A DNA stretch of 64,000 bases from an uncultured Chloroflexia bacterium (GCA_963751345.1 CAVVUS010000037.1:96001-160000); one strand, 5' to 3'. Numbered from the stretch's first letter, positions 1-13,611 are shown. Notes: generated by a model not told the origin, from the letters alone. Numbers and translations: made by a program.

Positions 1-1660
1 CCACTCGATCTTCTACATCGCCCATCTCAGCGAAGCCGAGCGCATGTTCTTCGTGACGATGCTGCTTGGCCAGCTCGTGACGTGGATGCGCACCCAGCCC
101 GGCACCACCAGCCTGCGCGCGCTGCTCTATATGGACGAGGTCTTCGGCTTCTTCCCCCCGGTCGCGAACCCACCGAGCAAGCTACCGCTGCTCACGTTGA
201 TGAAGCAGGCACGCGCCTTCGGTGTGGGTGTGGTGCTGACGACGCAGAACCCGGCCGATCTCGACTACAAGGGGCTGACCAACGCGGGTACCTGGTTCGT
301 CGGGCGCCTCCAAGCGGAGCGTGACAAGGATCGACTTCTGGAGGGCCTCGAGGGTGCTTCGGCTCAGGCCGGCGGTTCGCTGGACCGCGCGGCGATCGAC
401 AAGATCATCAGTGGGCTGGGCAAGCGGGTCTTCCTGCTGCACAACGTCCACGACGACCAGCCCACGGTCTTCCAAACGCGGTGGGCAATGAGCTATCTAC
501 GCGGTCCCCTCACCCGCATGCAGGTCCGCGATCTCACGGCCGGCCAGACACCGGCAAGTGAATCGGCGGCCTCCGCCGCACCGGCGGCCTCGCCCACATC
601 GGCGCCGCTGCCGACACCGGTACCCACACCTAAGGCACCCGAGGCCCCCTACGCCGCAGTTCCACCCGTGCTGCCGTCCGGCGTGCAACAGGTCTACCTG
701 CCGCAGCGGCAAGGCGCGTCGACAGCAGAGCGGACGGTTGAGCAGCGCGCCGGAGGGCGCATCGAAGTTGAGGAACGCCATATCCTCTACCGGCCGGCCC
801 TGCTCGGCATGGGACGTGTGCACTTCGTGAAGAACACCCAGGCCGTCCAGGTTGACGAATCCGAGGCCGTCGCCCTCTTGGCCCAGCCGCCGCAGGGCGT
901 GGGCACCGTGCGATGGGAGCAAGCGGAGTCGCTAGACCTCCAGACACGGGATCTCATGGACAGGCCCGAGGCCGATGCCTATTTCGATGTGCTGCCCGAC
1001 ACAATCAACGAGTCCAAGAAGCTCACGGCGCTGCGCGGCGAACTCGAAGATCATCTCTACCGGTCGCGAAGCCTGAAGCTGCTCTATAACCCTGCGACGA
1101 AGCTCTACTCGGAACCGGACGAGAGCGAGCGTGACTTCCGCGCCCGCGTCAGTCAGGCCGCGAGGGAGCTGCGTGACGACGAGGTGGACACACTGGACGA
1201 CCGCTTCAAGAGCAAACTTAACACGCTGGAGGATCGTCTTCGCACGGCACGAGTTGCACTGGATAAACAGGAGACAACGGCACGGCAGCGCAAACAGGAT
1301 GCCCTGATCACCGCAGGCGAGACTGTCTTCAGCCTCTTCTCCGGCCGGCGCCGCTCGATCTCCAGCGCTGCGCGCAAAGTAACGCAGGCCACGACCACCA
1401 AAGCCGGTATCAACGCAGCAGAGGAGAAAGTCGCTGACGTCGAGGCCGACATCGAGGAGATGAAGGCCGAGCTCAAGCAGGAGACCGAGACCATCGTGAC
1501 ACGGTGGGAAAGCGCGCTCGCCGATTTCGAAGAGCTGCCCGTCACCCCGCGTCGCTCGGACATCGAGGTCAACCTCTTCGCGCTGGCCTGGGTGCCCGCG
1601 TGGTACATCGTCTACCGCACGGGTAATATCACGCAGACCGCGACGGTTCCGGCCTACTGA
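1..1660 (+). CDS. HerA/FtsK-like (DUF87/DUF853-type) P-loop ATPase with C-terminal coiled coil; 5' end outside window
   Basis: Walker B LYMDEVFGFFPP; KQARAFGVGVVLTTQNP and Arg-finger-like GRLQ typical of HerA/VirB4-like ATPases; frame open from window start. Confidence 0.75.
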   Translation, partial: HSIFYIAHLSEAERMFFVTMLLGQLVTWMRTQPGTTSLRALLYMDEVFGFFPPVANPPSKLPLLTLMKQARAFGVGVVLTTQNPADLDYKGLTNAGTWFVGRLQAERDKDRLLEGLEGASAQAGGSLDRAAIDKIISGLGKRVFLLHNVHDDQPTVFQTRWAMSYLRGPLTRMQVRDLTAGQTPASESAASAAPAASPTSAPLPTPVPTPKAPEAPYAAVPPVLPSGVQQVYLPQRQGASTAERTVEQRAGGRIEVEERHILYRPALLGMGRVHFVKNTQAVQVDESEAVALLAQPPQGVGTVRWEQAESLDLQTRDLMDRPEADAYFDVLPDTINESKKLTALRGELEDHLYRSRSLKLLYNPATKLYSEPDESERDFRARVSQAARELRDDEVDTLDDRFKSKLNTLEDRLRTARVALDKQETTARQRKQDALITAGETVFSLFSGRRRSISSAARKVTQATTTKAGINAAEEKVADVEADIEEMKAELKQETETIVTRWESALADFEELPVTPRRSDIEVNLFALAWVPAWYIVYRTGNITQTATVPAY

Positions 1661-1668
1661 GGGGATGC

Positions 1669-3767
1669 CTACGCCGGGACAGGCAACCCGGCGTGGGCAC
1701 GGCGCCGGATCACGTCGTCCTGCACCTCCCGGGAGAGCGTCACAAAGTAGGCGGAAAAGCCGCTCACCCGCACCACGAGGTCACGATGCAACTCGGGGTT
1801 CTTCTGGGCGTCGACCAACACCTCATTGCCGGTGAAATTGAACTGCAACTCCTGCACACGGTTTCGCACAAATACCTTCATCAGGGCCAGAAAGGCGCGC
1901 TCGCCCTCGGCGTCGTGAAAATACACCGGCTCGAACTTCATATTGATCACGCTGCCCGTCAGCACGCGATGATAATCGGGCTTGGAGACCGAGTTTAGGA
2001 ACGCCGTGGGCCCGTGGACGTCGCGACCGAAGTACGGGCTCGCGGCATCCGAGAGCGGCGTGGAGGCGCGGCGCCCGTCCGGCGTCGCCCCGACTTCCTT
2101 GCCCGCAGGGATGTTGCTGACGTTGGCAGCCATCGCAGAGACGAAGCGTCCGCCACCTGCAATCTCGTGCCTGAGACACTCCCGTGAGGTCCAGTCGACG
2201 AGAAAGGCGGCAATCGTGTCCACCACGTCCTCGTCGTTGCCGTACTTGGGCGCACCGTTCACCAACATCTGGCGAAGCGGCTCACGGCCGGCAAAATCCG
2301 CATCAAGCGCATCCATCAACCCATCGTAGGTCACGCGCTGCTCCTCGAAGACCAGAGTCTTCACCGCAGCCAGCGAGTCCGCGACGGTCCCCAGACCCAT
2401 GATCGCGATGCCGTGCATGCGCGAGTATTCGGCGCCCCCGTCATTGATGTCCTTGGCGCGCCCAATGCAGTCGCGCGTAAGCACCGATAGGAAAGGATCG
2501 GGGAAGCGGTCCGGCGGGAATCCTGCGATGTAGGCATTGAAAGCCTCGCAGTAGGCCGCCAACGATTGACGCATCTCGTCCAGGAACGCCTCGACCAGCG
2601 TCTCATAGGTGAGCTCCTGCCGCCCCCGCACCCGCTGCATCGCGTTCATCAACTGCAGCGCCATGTTATATCGCCCATCGGACCACGCCGGTTGCCGCCC
2701 CGCCAGCATCGTCTCGATGCAACCCACCATACAGTGGTTGCGGGCGACCTCCACCGGAATGCCGATCTCGACCAGACCGGGAATCAGCACGTGATCGTTG
2801 AAAATCGCCGGAAACCCTACCCCTGTGAGAATCACGTCGAAGCAGGCCCGGTAGAAAGCGTCAGGCGTGCCGTCGTGGAAGCGCGCGGAGAGGTTGGTGA
2901 AGGGCGACTGGACCAGCTTGGTCGCCTCCAGGCAGAGGTACGACAGCTCGTTGGTCGCATCCTCACCCTCGGGCGTCAGACCGCCGATGCAGATGTTCTG
3001 CACGCCACCGTTCTCGGCAAGCTTCACCCACAGATGGCAGACGAGGTCGAGCGCCTCCGCGCGGGTCAGGCGCCCTGCCGTCAGGTCGCGGCGGTAGTAC
3101 GGCAGCAGATACTGGTCGATGCGCCCCAGGGCCATCGCGTAGCGCCCCTCACTCTCGAAAACGAGATGTGTGAAGGCGACGAGTTGGAGGGCTTCCCGGA
3201 AGGTGTGGGGCGGCTGGGTCGCGACACGCCGGGCGGTTGCCGCTAGGTCGTCGGCACCGCGGCTGGCGGCAGACTCTGCCCACCGCGCGATGTAGGCAGA
3301 AAATGCCTCAAGCGTGAGAATCATACCCCGGAGCGTGGTCTGCTCCCGCGCCGATGCATGGATTCGGAGTGAGGACTGGCGCGCGTGAGAAGACCGCCGA
3401 CACCGAGGCTCAGCAGCGTGGGATAGTCCGCCAAAGAGTGATCCCAACCGGCCCAGAAATCGCGCTGCCCGCGAGCGCGGTGCTCGGCGATGAGCTCGTC
3501 AGCCTCGGCCCGCGTGAGGTCCGGCGGCAGCTCGTGGGCGTACCAACCGGCGTGGCTCCCGCAGAGCCGCTCACCGTCGTAGGTGTACAGGCTGTCCTGC
3601 ATCAGGACACGGCGGAATGCCTGCGCACGCACAATAGGCTCCGGCTGGCCCTCGTATGCCCGGTAGGCCATCGCGCGCCAGAGTGGGCGCATATCGATGG
3701 CGTCCGGAGCGGCGAGCCCCTCGTTCATTACGCGGACCTGCGCCAGCACCTCACGCCACGTGTTCAC
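1669..3767 (-). CDS. Glycyl radical enzyme (PFL/dehydratase superfamily), about 700 aa, split by one frameshift near 3380
   Basis: C-terminal glycyl loop LVVRVSGFSAYF, Cys loop MVGCIE, ALGRIDQYL, KYGND and GATPDGR motifs; ORFs 3321..3767 and 1669..3447 join. Confidence 0.88.
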
Positions 3768-3790
3768 GTCGACCTCGGTTCATGGATGTC

Positions 3791-3819
3791 ATGGTAGACA
3801 GGTCTGGAGATTGTGTCAA
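3791..3819 (-). promoter_or_regulatory. sigma70-type promoter for the glycyl radical enzyme
   Basis: Minus strand TTGACA (3819-3814), 17 bp, TACCAT (3796-3791). Confidence 0.6.
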
Positions 3820-3848
3820 AACGGACGGCAACTCTATGAGCGGGAGGA

Positions 3849-3877
3849 TTGACGGCCACCGACTGCCCGACTATAAC
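3849..3877 (+). promoter_or_regulatory. sigma70-type promoter for the GH38 gene
   Basis: TTGACG, 17 bp, TATAAC. Confidence 0.65.
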
Positions 3878-3907
3878 AGAACGCAATCAGCGTAGTCTTC
3901 ACAATGA

Positions 3908-6549
3908 ATGGAGGCAAAGACGATGGTGCAGACCATCCACGTCGTTTCACATACGCATTGGGATCGCGAGTGGTACCGCCCCTTCCAGATCTTCCGGGCA
4001 CGACTTGTGGACTTGGTCGACGCCTTGTTGGACCTGATGGAGGAACAGCCTGAGTACATTGCCTTTCACCTGGATGGGCAAACCGCGATCCTGGAGGACT
4101 ACCTTGAGATTCGTCCCGAGCAGGAATCGCGCCTCGCGCGCCAGATCCGCGAAGGCCGGATCCTGATTGGTCCCTGGTACACGCAGCCTGACGAATTCCT
4201 CGTGAGTGGCGAGGCGCTGGTGCGCAATCTCCTACGTGGACGCCGGATTGCACAAGGTTACGGCGCCTGCATGGATCTGGGGTACCTGCCCGACACCTTT
4301 GGTCACACCGGGCAGATGCCCCAAATACTGGCCGGTTTTGGCTTCCCTGCCGCCATCTTCTTTCGCGGCATCACCGCCGACCAAGTGCGCTCTGCGTTCA
4401 CCTGGCGCGGCACCGATGGCACGGCCCTACTGGCTATCAAGCTTCCCGACGAAACGGCGTACAGCAACTTCTTCTACGGCATGCGGAGCACCTTGGCCGC
4501 CGCAGGCGCTATTGATTGGGACGATGCCGACCAACAACTCACCCAGCTTCGCGCCGACTCCGAGACATCGGCCGTCTGCGAGCACTTGCTCTGGATGGAT
4601 GGCGTCGATCACGTCTATGCCAACCCGAAGACGCCCGCACTTATTGAGCGTGCCAACGCCATCTTCGCCGATGCACACGTGATCCACTCCACCCTTCCTG
4701 CCTACGTCCAGGCTGTCCGTGACGCTAACCCCGACCTGGTCGAGCAAGTAGGCGAGTTGCGCCACGCGAACCGCGCTTGGCGGTTCCAGGCATTGCTGGC
4801 CAACGTCGCCTCTTCACACATCCGGATCAAGCAGGCAAACCACCGCTGCCAGACACTCTTGGAGGGGACGGCCGAACCCCTGAGCGCCCTCGCCTGGCTT
4901 CACGGAGGCACCTATCCGAGAGCCTATCTGGCCTTAGCCTGGAAATACCTCCTGCAGAACCACGCTCACGACAGCATCTGCGGCTGCTCGGTCGACCAGG
5001 TCCACCGGGAGATGCACCACCGGTACGACCAGGTGGCCCAGATCGGCGCAGTCGTTCAGGAGCGGGCCATGGACTTCCTGGCAGGACAGATCGACACGTC
5101 CTTCGTGAGCCCGGACGATACAGCTTTGGTGGTCGCCAACCCCTCGCGTTGGGCCAGGACGGAGACGTTGGTAGTCGATGTGCCCATCGCCTCAGAGGAT
5201 CGTCGCCCGCTAAGGTTCTACGACAATACAGGGCGCGAGATCAAACACCAGGTCCTGGCGATCACCGACCATGCGCCACTCCGTCAGCCACCGTTCGACG
5301 TGCCGTCTCCTCGCAGACGTTCGATCTATCGCGTCGCATTGAGCGGCGTCGAACTCCCTCCTTATAGCCTCACGGCGATGGGCATTCATACGATCACGGG
5401 GCCACAGCGGCCGGTCGGTTCTCTCTTTGTCGGCCCGCGCACAATGGAGAACGCCCATCTGCGGGCGACGGTAGAGGAAAGCGGTTCGCTGACCCTGACA
5501 CACAAGCCGACAGGGCGCACGTATCGCGGCCTGATGGTCTACGAGGATAGCGGGGACGGCGGCAGCGGGTGGCAATGGATACCGCCGCAGTTCGACAAGG
5601 TCAGGCTATCCGGTGGCACGCCATTCGAGCTCACACGGGTACAGGACGGCCCCCTAATGGCCGCACTCCAGCTCACAATGCATCTTCGCGTCCCCATAGG
5701 CCTCGACCCGACGCCCTACGAAGCGGACCCGGCGAGAATGCGACGGACCGAGGAGACCGTTGACCTGCCCGTCACCGCCATGCTCTCGCTGGCTGCAGAC
5801 GCGCGGCATCTCGACGTTGCGATCCAGGTGGACAACCGGGCGCAGAATCACCGGCTCCGTGTGCACTTCCCGACCGGGATCGCCACAGACGTCTGCTTTG
5901 CCGACGTTGCCTACGACGTCATTGAGCGTACCATCGCCCAACCCGATAGCCACGACTGGCTCGAACGCCAGCTTGGGACCTACCCACATCACAGCTTTGT
6001 GGGTGTAGGGGATGCGGAGGGCGGGCTGGTCGTCCTCACCGCGGGTACACAGGAATACGAGGTGATCGACGATCCCCAGCGCACCCTCGCGATTACGCTG
6101 CTGAGGGCGTTCGGGCGCGGCGCCGGCGAACCTGACGAGTACCTCGACAGCCAGGAGCCGGGGCCGCACGCCTATCGCCTGGCACTCCTTCCCTTTGCCG
6201 GCTCCGGGCAGCAAGACGAGATCGTGCGAAAGGCACGCTCGTGGTCGGTAGCGCCGATAGCCTGGAGACACAGGTCGGGACGGGGCCCCTGCCCTCTGGC
6301 GAATCCCTGCTTCGCGTCTCGGGAAATGACGTTGACGTCACCGCGGTCAAGCTCTGCGAGGCACGGGCTTCCCTGCTCGTCCGCTGTGTCAACCTATCCG
6401 GCGTTGTGCAAACGGCGACCCTCGCCACCGCTGCACCCGTCCGGGGAGCCTTTCGCCTGGATCTGGCGGAGGAGAGACTGGGAGCCCTGTCACCGGACGC
6501 AGCGGGTGTCGTACGACTGAACTCTCGCCGTGCGAGATCGTCACGATGA
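3908..6549 (+). CDS. GH38 alpha-mannosidase / mannosylglycerate hydrolase-like; frameshifted near the 3' end, exact stop uncertain
   Basis: HVVSHTHWDREWY, FHLDGQT, GPWYTQPDEFLVSGEALVRNL, YLPDTFGH, NHAHDSICGCSVD motifs; C-terminal part continues in ORF 6241..6549. Confidence 0.9.
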
Positions 6550-6707
6550 GCTGGAGACATCGCGGACGGATGGGCCAGGCTGATGGTGCAACCTATGCAA
6601 CTCTGCCAACCCAGACCGTCCATTCGCCAACACTGACCAGACGTTGTGGGTCGTTCCATAGTAGAGTGAAAGAGAGATAGACAATTCGAGAATCAGACCT
6701 TGGAGGA

Positions 6708-7368
6708 ATGAAGATGTCAGACAGTATGTCTATAGACGCAGATGTAACGTGTACCGATGGCCCGTGTGGGAAATCAACCTACGTGGTGATCGACCCCGTC
6801 AAAGATGAAGTCACCCACCTGGTGGTCAGGATGTCGACCCGCCCCATACCGAGCTCCTGGTGCCGATCGACTGGGTGACCCAGACAGACTCCGATCTCGT
6901 CAAGTTGACGTGTTCGAAGGACCAACTCGCAAAGGCAGAAGAGTTGCCGAGACCGAATTCGTCAAGGTCGATACTACTATGCCCCCCTCGTCAGAGGTGA
7001 TGGTGCCTGCGGCCGGCGGCATGGGAACGGTGCCCTTAGTCATGTGGCCATACGCCACGGCAGAAGGCCCCGAGTATGTCCGAATGGAGCGCGAGAACAT
7101 CCCGGCAGGAGAGCGGGCTGTGCGCAGAGGTGCGCGCGTGCAAGCAACGGACGGAGACGTAGGCCATGTTGACGAATTCCTGGTGAATCCCGATGGCGAC
7201 CTGATCACACATCTGGTCCTTCGCGAGGGCCACCTGTGGGGTAGGAAGGACGTCAGCATCCCCGTATCTGCAATCGACCTCATCGAAGAGGATACTGTAT
7301 TCCTCAGCCTGAGTAAGGACGACGTCGAGGCCCTGCCGACCATCCCTATACACCGCAGGGAATCTTAG
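6708..7368 (+). CDS. Tandem PRC-barrel domain protein (frameshifted)
   Basis: RBS GGAGG; N-part MSDSMSIDADVTCTDGPCGKSTYVVIDP..VTHLVV; C-part VQATDGDVGHVDEFLVNP..ITHLVLREGHLWG. Confidence 0.75.
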
Positions 7369-7389
7369 AGCATCCCTGAGCATTGACTC

Positions 7390-7427
7390 CAAGAAAGCGT
7401 GTGCCCGTTTGGGCACACGCTTTCTTG
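7390..7427. terminator. Intrinsic terminator, possibly bidirectional
   Basis: Perfect 17-bp inverted repeat CAAGAAAGCGTGTGCCC-gttt-GGGCACACGCTTTCTTG just after the PRC gene. Confidence 0.8.
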
Positions 7428-7797
7428 TGTATCCCGCCCCTTGCCTCTAATATATAAGGCAATGCCTGGCGTGCAAGCTATCGCGACAAGATGCCGCACT
7501 GCCTACCCGGAGCCGTGAGGGCCAACCCACTACACCGAGCGCCAACGTACCCAACCTTGACCGCCGTCATCACTAACGATATCCGCCGTCCCACGCCTCG
7601 GCTCTATGTTATGACATGATAAGCGTGTCGTGCTATCAGGCCAACAGAACTCTGCGGCGAAGCAAGGCTCGACAAGTGGAGATCGGCGGTTGGTTCTCAA
7701 TGCTAAGGATGAAGGAGGCTCAAGTTGATTTGGGCCGCCCGGAGTCATTATCAGTTAGTCGGCCCAAGAATGGAATTTCCGGTTCAGGAGGTGATAG

Positions 7798-8968
<1,171 letters not shown>

Positions 8969-9141
8969 CGTCGTCAGTGCACAACTTACCCATAGAAAGG
9001 AAGGAGGTGGAGAATTCGGCGTGTGGGTCCTGCAGGAGGAGGCGTAGGTTCGTCCCATTGTCCCGGGCGGGGTGAGGGTAGCGGATCGGCGCTCTGGAAG
9101 GAAACGAATCCGTAGCGTAAGCATATGGGAGGGTAAGAACG

Positions 9142-11036
9142 ATGTACAAGCTAAGACTGTTCGTTGTGGGTGTCATCCTGGCAAGCATGCTTGCAGCGTG
9201 CGCGGGAACTACACCTTCGCCGACAGCGATGCCTACAACGGCACCGTCGGCATCAGCATCAGCAACACCGGCACCGGCGGCAACCGAGACACCGGCGGCT
9301 ACTGCAGCGCCTGAGGCATCGGCAACGCCGGCGGGGCCCCCGGACTTCGCGATGTACGGTTTCCCCACGGTCATCGCCAGTGAGATGGTGACCGCGAGCA
9401 CGGCGGTCACGCTGACTGCAGGTCTGTTCACCATCAAGATCCCGGACAACGCGTTCACCAACGACGTTCAGTTTGACGTATTGACCGGCGATCCGTCGAC
9501 CTTCACGGCGCCCTCAGGGGAGACCCCCATCATCGCCTTCGCCTTCAGGGTGACGGATCAGTCCACCATGGAGTTGCTCGGTGCCTTTGGCGCGCCGCTC
9601 GACTTCGTGGCGCAGTCGCCCAACATCGTGGCGGCAAGCAAGTACTACAACGTCGCGACCGATGGCACCCTGACCGAGAACTCGACCGGTATGACGGTTT
9701 CGGATGGTATGCTCGAACACCCCATCGCGGGTGCAGGCGTCGGTTGGCTGATCACATCACCCGCGGGCCAGACCGGCGGATTGATGACGCCTGAGCAGGC
9801 TGCGCTGGCAGCCGCCGGCGGCCAGAAGATCGGTGGTACCGTCAACGTGCTGGGTGTCTGGGGCGGCTCGGAGCTGGCCAGCTTCATGGCCATGCTCGCC
9901 CCCTTCGAGGCCGCGACCGGCATCAAGGTCCAGTATACCGGCACGCGTGACCTCAACGCCGTGCTGACCACGCGTCTGCAGGGCGGCAACCCGCCCGACG
10001 TCGCAGGTGTGCCCGGACCCGGCCAGATGGTTCAGTACGCCAATCAGGGTTATCTCGTCGACCTGAGCAAGATCCTCGACATGACCACCTACAGCAACCA
10101 GTACGCCACCACCTGGACCGACCTGGGGACCGTCAACGGCAAGCTGGTCGGGCTGTTCATGCGCGTCTCGGTCAAGGGCCTGATCTGGTACGACCCCAAG
10201 GTCTGGACGGCCGATGACTACACCAGCCCGTGACCTGGGATGACATGATCACACTCTCGCAGCAGATCGCGGCCACCGGCGCCACCCCCTGGTGTGTCGC
10301 CCTGGAGAGCGGTGCGGCCAGCGGCTGGCCCGGCACCGACTGGCTGGAGGACATCGTCCTGCGCCAGTCCGGCGTCCAGACCTACAACGACTGGTGGGCC
10401 GGCAAGATCAAGTGGTCGTCGCCTGAGATCAAGCAGGCGTGGCAGACCTGGGGCGAGATCGTGGCCACCAAGGGTATGGTCTACGGTGGGCCTAACGCCA
10501 TGCTGACCACCAACTTCGGCAACGTGGGCGACGGCCTCTTCACCAACCCGCCCAACTGCTACATGGTCCACCAGGCCAGCTTCATCGCCAGCTTCTTCCA
10601 GACCAACACCCCCGGCGTCGAGCCGATCACCGACTTCAACTGGTTCGGCTTCCCGCCCTTCCAGGCGGGCGCCCCTGTGGCCACCGAGATGGCAGGCGAC
10701 CTGTTCGGGATGTTCAACGACACGCCGCAGGCCGAGGCGCTCGTCCGCTACCTGGTCACGCCCGAGGCGCAGGCCATCTGGGTGCAGCGCGGTTCGGCGA
10801 TCTCGCCGAACAAGGCGGTGCCGCTGTCGCTCTATCCCGACGAGCTGAGCAAGCGCGCGGCGGAGCGGCTGACGAGCGCCCAGGTCGCGGTCTTCGATGC
10901 CTCCGACCAGATGCCTTCGGCGATGCAGAACGCCTTCTACCAGGCCATCGTGAGCTACATCCAGAATCCCACGGACCTGGATAGCATCCTGGCCAACCTG
11001 GATTCGGTCCAGAGTAGCGCCTACACGACGCCTTAG
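9142..11036 (+). CDS. Sugar (alpha-glucoside/AglE-like) ABC substrate-binding lipoprotein with an extra N-terminal domain; frameshift near 10230
   Basis: Lipobox LAAC; FEAATGIKVQYTG, GGNPPDVA, KGLIWY, PWCVALESGAASGWPGTDWLEDI, FDASDQMP motifs. Confidence 0.85.
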
Positions 11037-11047
11037 ATGAGGAGTGC

Positions 11048-11081
11048 TGTCGGGCGGCGGCGCTAGCGCCACCGCCCGACA
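11048..11081 (+). promoter_or_regulatory. GC-rich stem-loop between binding-protein and permease genes (likely mRNA-stabilising)
   Basis: Inverted repeat TGTCGGGCGGCGGCGC-TA-GCGCCACCGCCCGACA with no U-tail. Confidence 0.55.
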
Positions 11082-11111
11082 CATCGTGATGAAAAGGAAA
11101 GGAGATGCACG

Positions 11112-12078
11112 ATGAACCGATAGGTCCTCGCCCCGATTGTCGTTCTCGGCGTTCCGGCAATCCTCGTGGGCTACGTCTACCTGGTGGAATGTCTCATCGG
11201 CCTCTTACCTAACAAAGCTCGTAGGCAGTTCGGCCCTGGTTATGGATTGGCCCGGCCCTGATTTTGTCGTGGCATTTCTGGTCTATCCTTCCCTTAACAC
11301 GATCTACCTGAGTTTCCTGGGCCCAAACTCGAAGAAGTACGTCGGTTTTGCGAACTACGTCTACTTCTTCACCAACGGAAACACGCTGGGGTCGCTTCGC
11401 AACAATGCACTTTGGCTGGTTCTGCTGACATCTCTCACGGTCGGATTCGGCATGCTCTTTGCGGTCCTCTTCGACCGTGTCAAGTATGAGTCGGTCGCGA
11501 AATCCGTCATCTTCCTGCCTATGGCAGTCTCCTTCGTGGCTGCAAGCGTGATTTGGAAACTTCAGTATGACTATCAGCCGGCCGGCGCGCCGCAGACGGG
11601 AACCCTTAACGCGATCCTGACGCTGTTTGGCGCACAACCCATCCCCTGGTTGGTGAACCGCACGACCAACAACTTCGCCCTCATCGCGGTGGGCATCTGG
11701 ACCTGGTGCGGCTTCGCGCTGGTCATCCTCTCGGCCGGCCTGAAGGGCATTCCCGTCCCCATCCTTGAGGCGGCACGCGTCGATGGTGCCAACGAGTGGC
11801 AAATCCTCTTCCGTATCACCATCCCCATGATGGCCTCGACGATCGCCGTCGTCGCCACCACAATGATCATCTTCGCCCTGAAAGCCTTTGACGTCGTCTA
11901 CGTGCTCACCAGCGGTTTCTTCAACACCAACGTCCTGGCCAACCAGATGTACCAGGAGATGTTCACTTACAATAACTTCGGCCATGCCGGCGCGGTCGCG
12001 GTGATCCTGTTGTTGGCGATCGTGCCCGTGATGGCCGTGAATATCAAGCGCTTCCGGGCGCAGGAGGCACTACGATGA
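11112..12078 (+). CDS. Carbohydrate ABC permease (AglF/MalF-like), frameshifted near the 5' end
   Basis: EAA loop ILEAARVDGANEWQ; multiple TM helices. Confidence 0.88.
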
Positions 12079-12985
12079 ACTCGCCAGCATCCAAGATGAC
12101 CGGCAGCGGATCAGGCCACGCGCTGGTTCCGGCCCCTGCAGGAGGCGTCGTGCGTCTCCTGGCACGGGTGCCCATACACATCGTGATCATCGTGCTTTGT
12201 GCAGTGTGGTTCACACCGAACTTCGCCCTGCTGATCAGTTCGTTCCGTCCGGCGTCCGAAATCGCGACGACGGGCTGGTGGACCGCCTTCACGCCTCCCC
12301 TCAAATTCACCCTGGACCTCTATCGCCAGGCGCTGGCGACGTCCAATATGGGGGAAGCTTCATCAATAGCCTGTATATCACCATCCCGGCTACCGTGATC
12401 CCGATCATGATCGGCGCCTTTGCAGCCTACGCCTTTGCCTGGATGGAGTTCCCGGGCCGGGACTTGCTCTTCGTGACCGTCGTGGGACTGCTCGTCGTGC
12501 CTCTGCAGATGACGTTGATTCCAGTCCTTCGACTCTATGGTGCACTGCACCTCGCAGGAACCTTCCCCGGCATCTGGCTCGCACATACGGCCTATGGCTT
12601 GCCGTTTGCGGTCTACCTGCTCAGGAACTTCTTCGGAACGTTGCCTCGTGAGATGTTCGAATCAGCCTACCTGGATGGAGCATCACCATTCACCGCTTTC
12701 TTCCGCTTGGTGCTCCCCCTATCGGTGCCGGCCTTCGCCTCGCTGGTGATCTTCCAATTCGTCTGGGTGTGGAACGACCTGCTCGTCGCGTTGGTCTATC
12801 TGGGTGGCTATCCCAGCGTTGCGCCCATCACGGTGACCATCAGCAATTTGGTAAGCTCGCTCGGAGCCGGGTGGCAGTTGCTCACAGCCGCTGCCTTCAT
12901 TTCGATGGCGCTGCCGCTGGTCATCTTCCTGACGCTGCAGCGCTACTTCGTCAGTGGTATTCTGGCAGGTTCGGTAAAGGGCTAA
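12075..12985 (+). CDS. Carbohydrate ABC permease (AglG/MalG-like), frameshift near 12355
   Basis: ESAYLDGAS, FVWVWNDLLVAL, QRYFVSGILAGSVKG. Confidence 0.88.
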
Positions 12986-13008
12986 ACAAGTCATAAGGGA
13001 GAACAACA

Positions 13009-13611
13009 ATGAACACACCGAATACACAACAGAGCAGAAGCGATAGGATGACCGCCTTTGAGGACCCGCGGTTCATACGAGTGCTTTTCAACGACACCCG
13101 CTGGGCATGGCTATGGCTGATCCTGCGGCTCTATGCAGGATGGGAGTGGCTCAATGCAGGGTGGGAAAAGGTGAACAACCCGGCATGGGTGGGAGCACAG
13201 GCCGGGACCGCCCTGACGGGCTTCCTGAAGAACGCGGAATCACTTGCGACTGGGGCGCATCCGGCTGTGCAGTCATGGTACGCCTGGTTCATCGAACACG
13301 TGGTCATGCCCAACGTCACCGTCTGGAGCTATGTCGTATCGTTCGGCGAACTCCTGGTCGGCGTGGCCTTGATACTGGGGATCTTCACCGGTATCGCCGC
13401 GTTCTTCGGGGGCTTCATGAATGCCAACTACCTTCTGGCGGGCTCGGTGAGCACCAACCCCATCCTCTACACTCTGGCCATCCTGCTGCTGCTTGCGTGG
13501 AAGACCGCCGGCTGGTGGGGCCTGGATCGGTGGGTGCTGCCCGCGCTGGGTACGCCCTGGCATCCCGGAAGCATATTCCACTCTGACGCAGGCGCGCAAC
13601 AGCAAGAGTAA
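13009..13611 (+). CDS. DoxX/DoxD-family membrane protein
   Basis: LRLYAGWEWLNAGWEK, GELLVGVALILG, MNANYLLAGSVSTNP, GLDRW. Confidence 0.8.
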   Translation: MNTPNTQQSRSDRMTAFEDPRFIRVLFNDTRWAWLWLILRLYAGWEWLNAGWEKVNNPAWVGAQAGTALTGFLKNAESLATGAHPAVQSWYAWFIEHVVMPNVTVWSYVVSFGELLVGVALILGIFTGIAAFFGGFMNANYLLAGSVSTNPILYTLAILLLLAWKTAGWWGLDRWVLPALGTPWHPGSIFHSDAGAQQQE

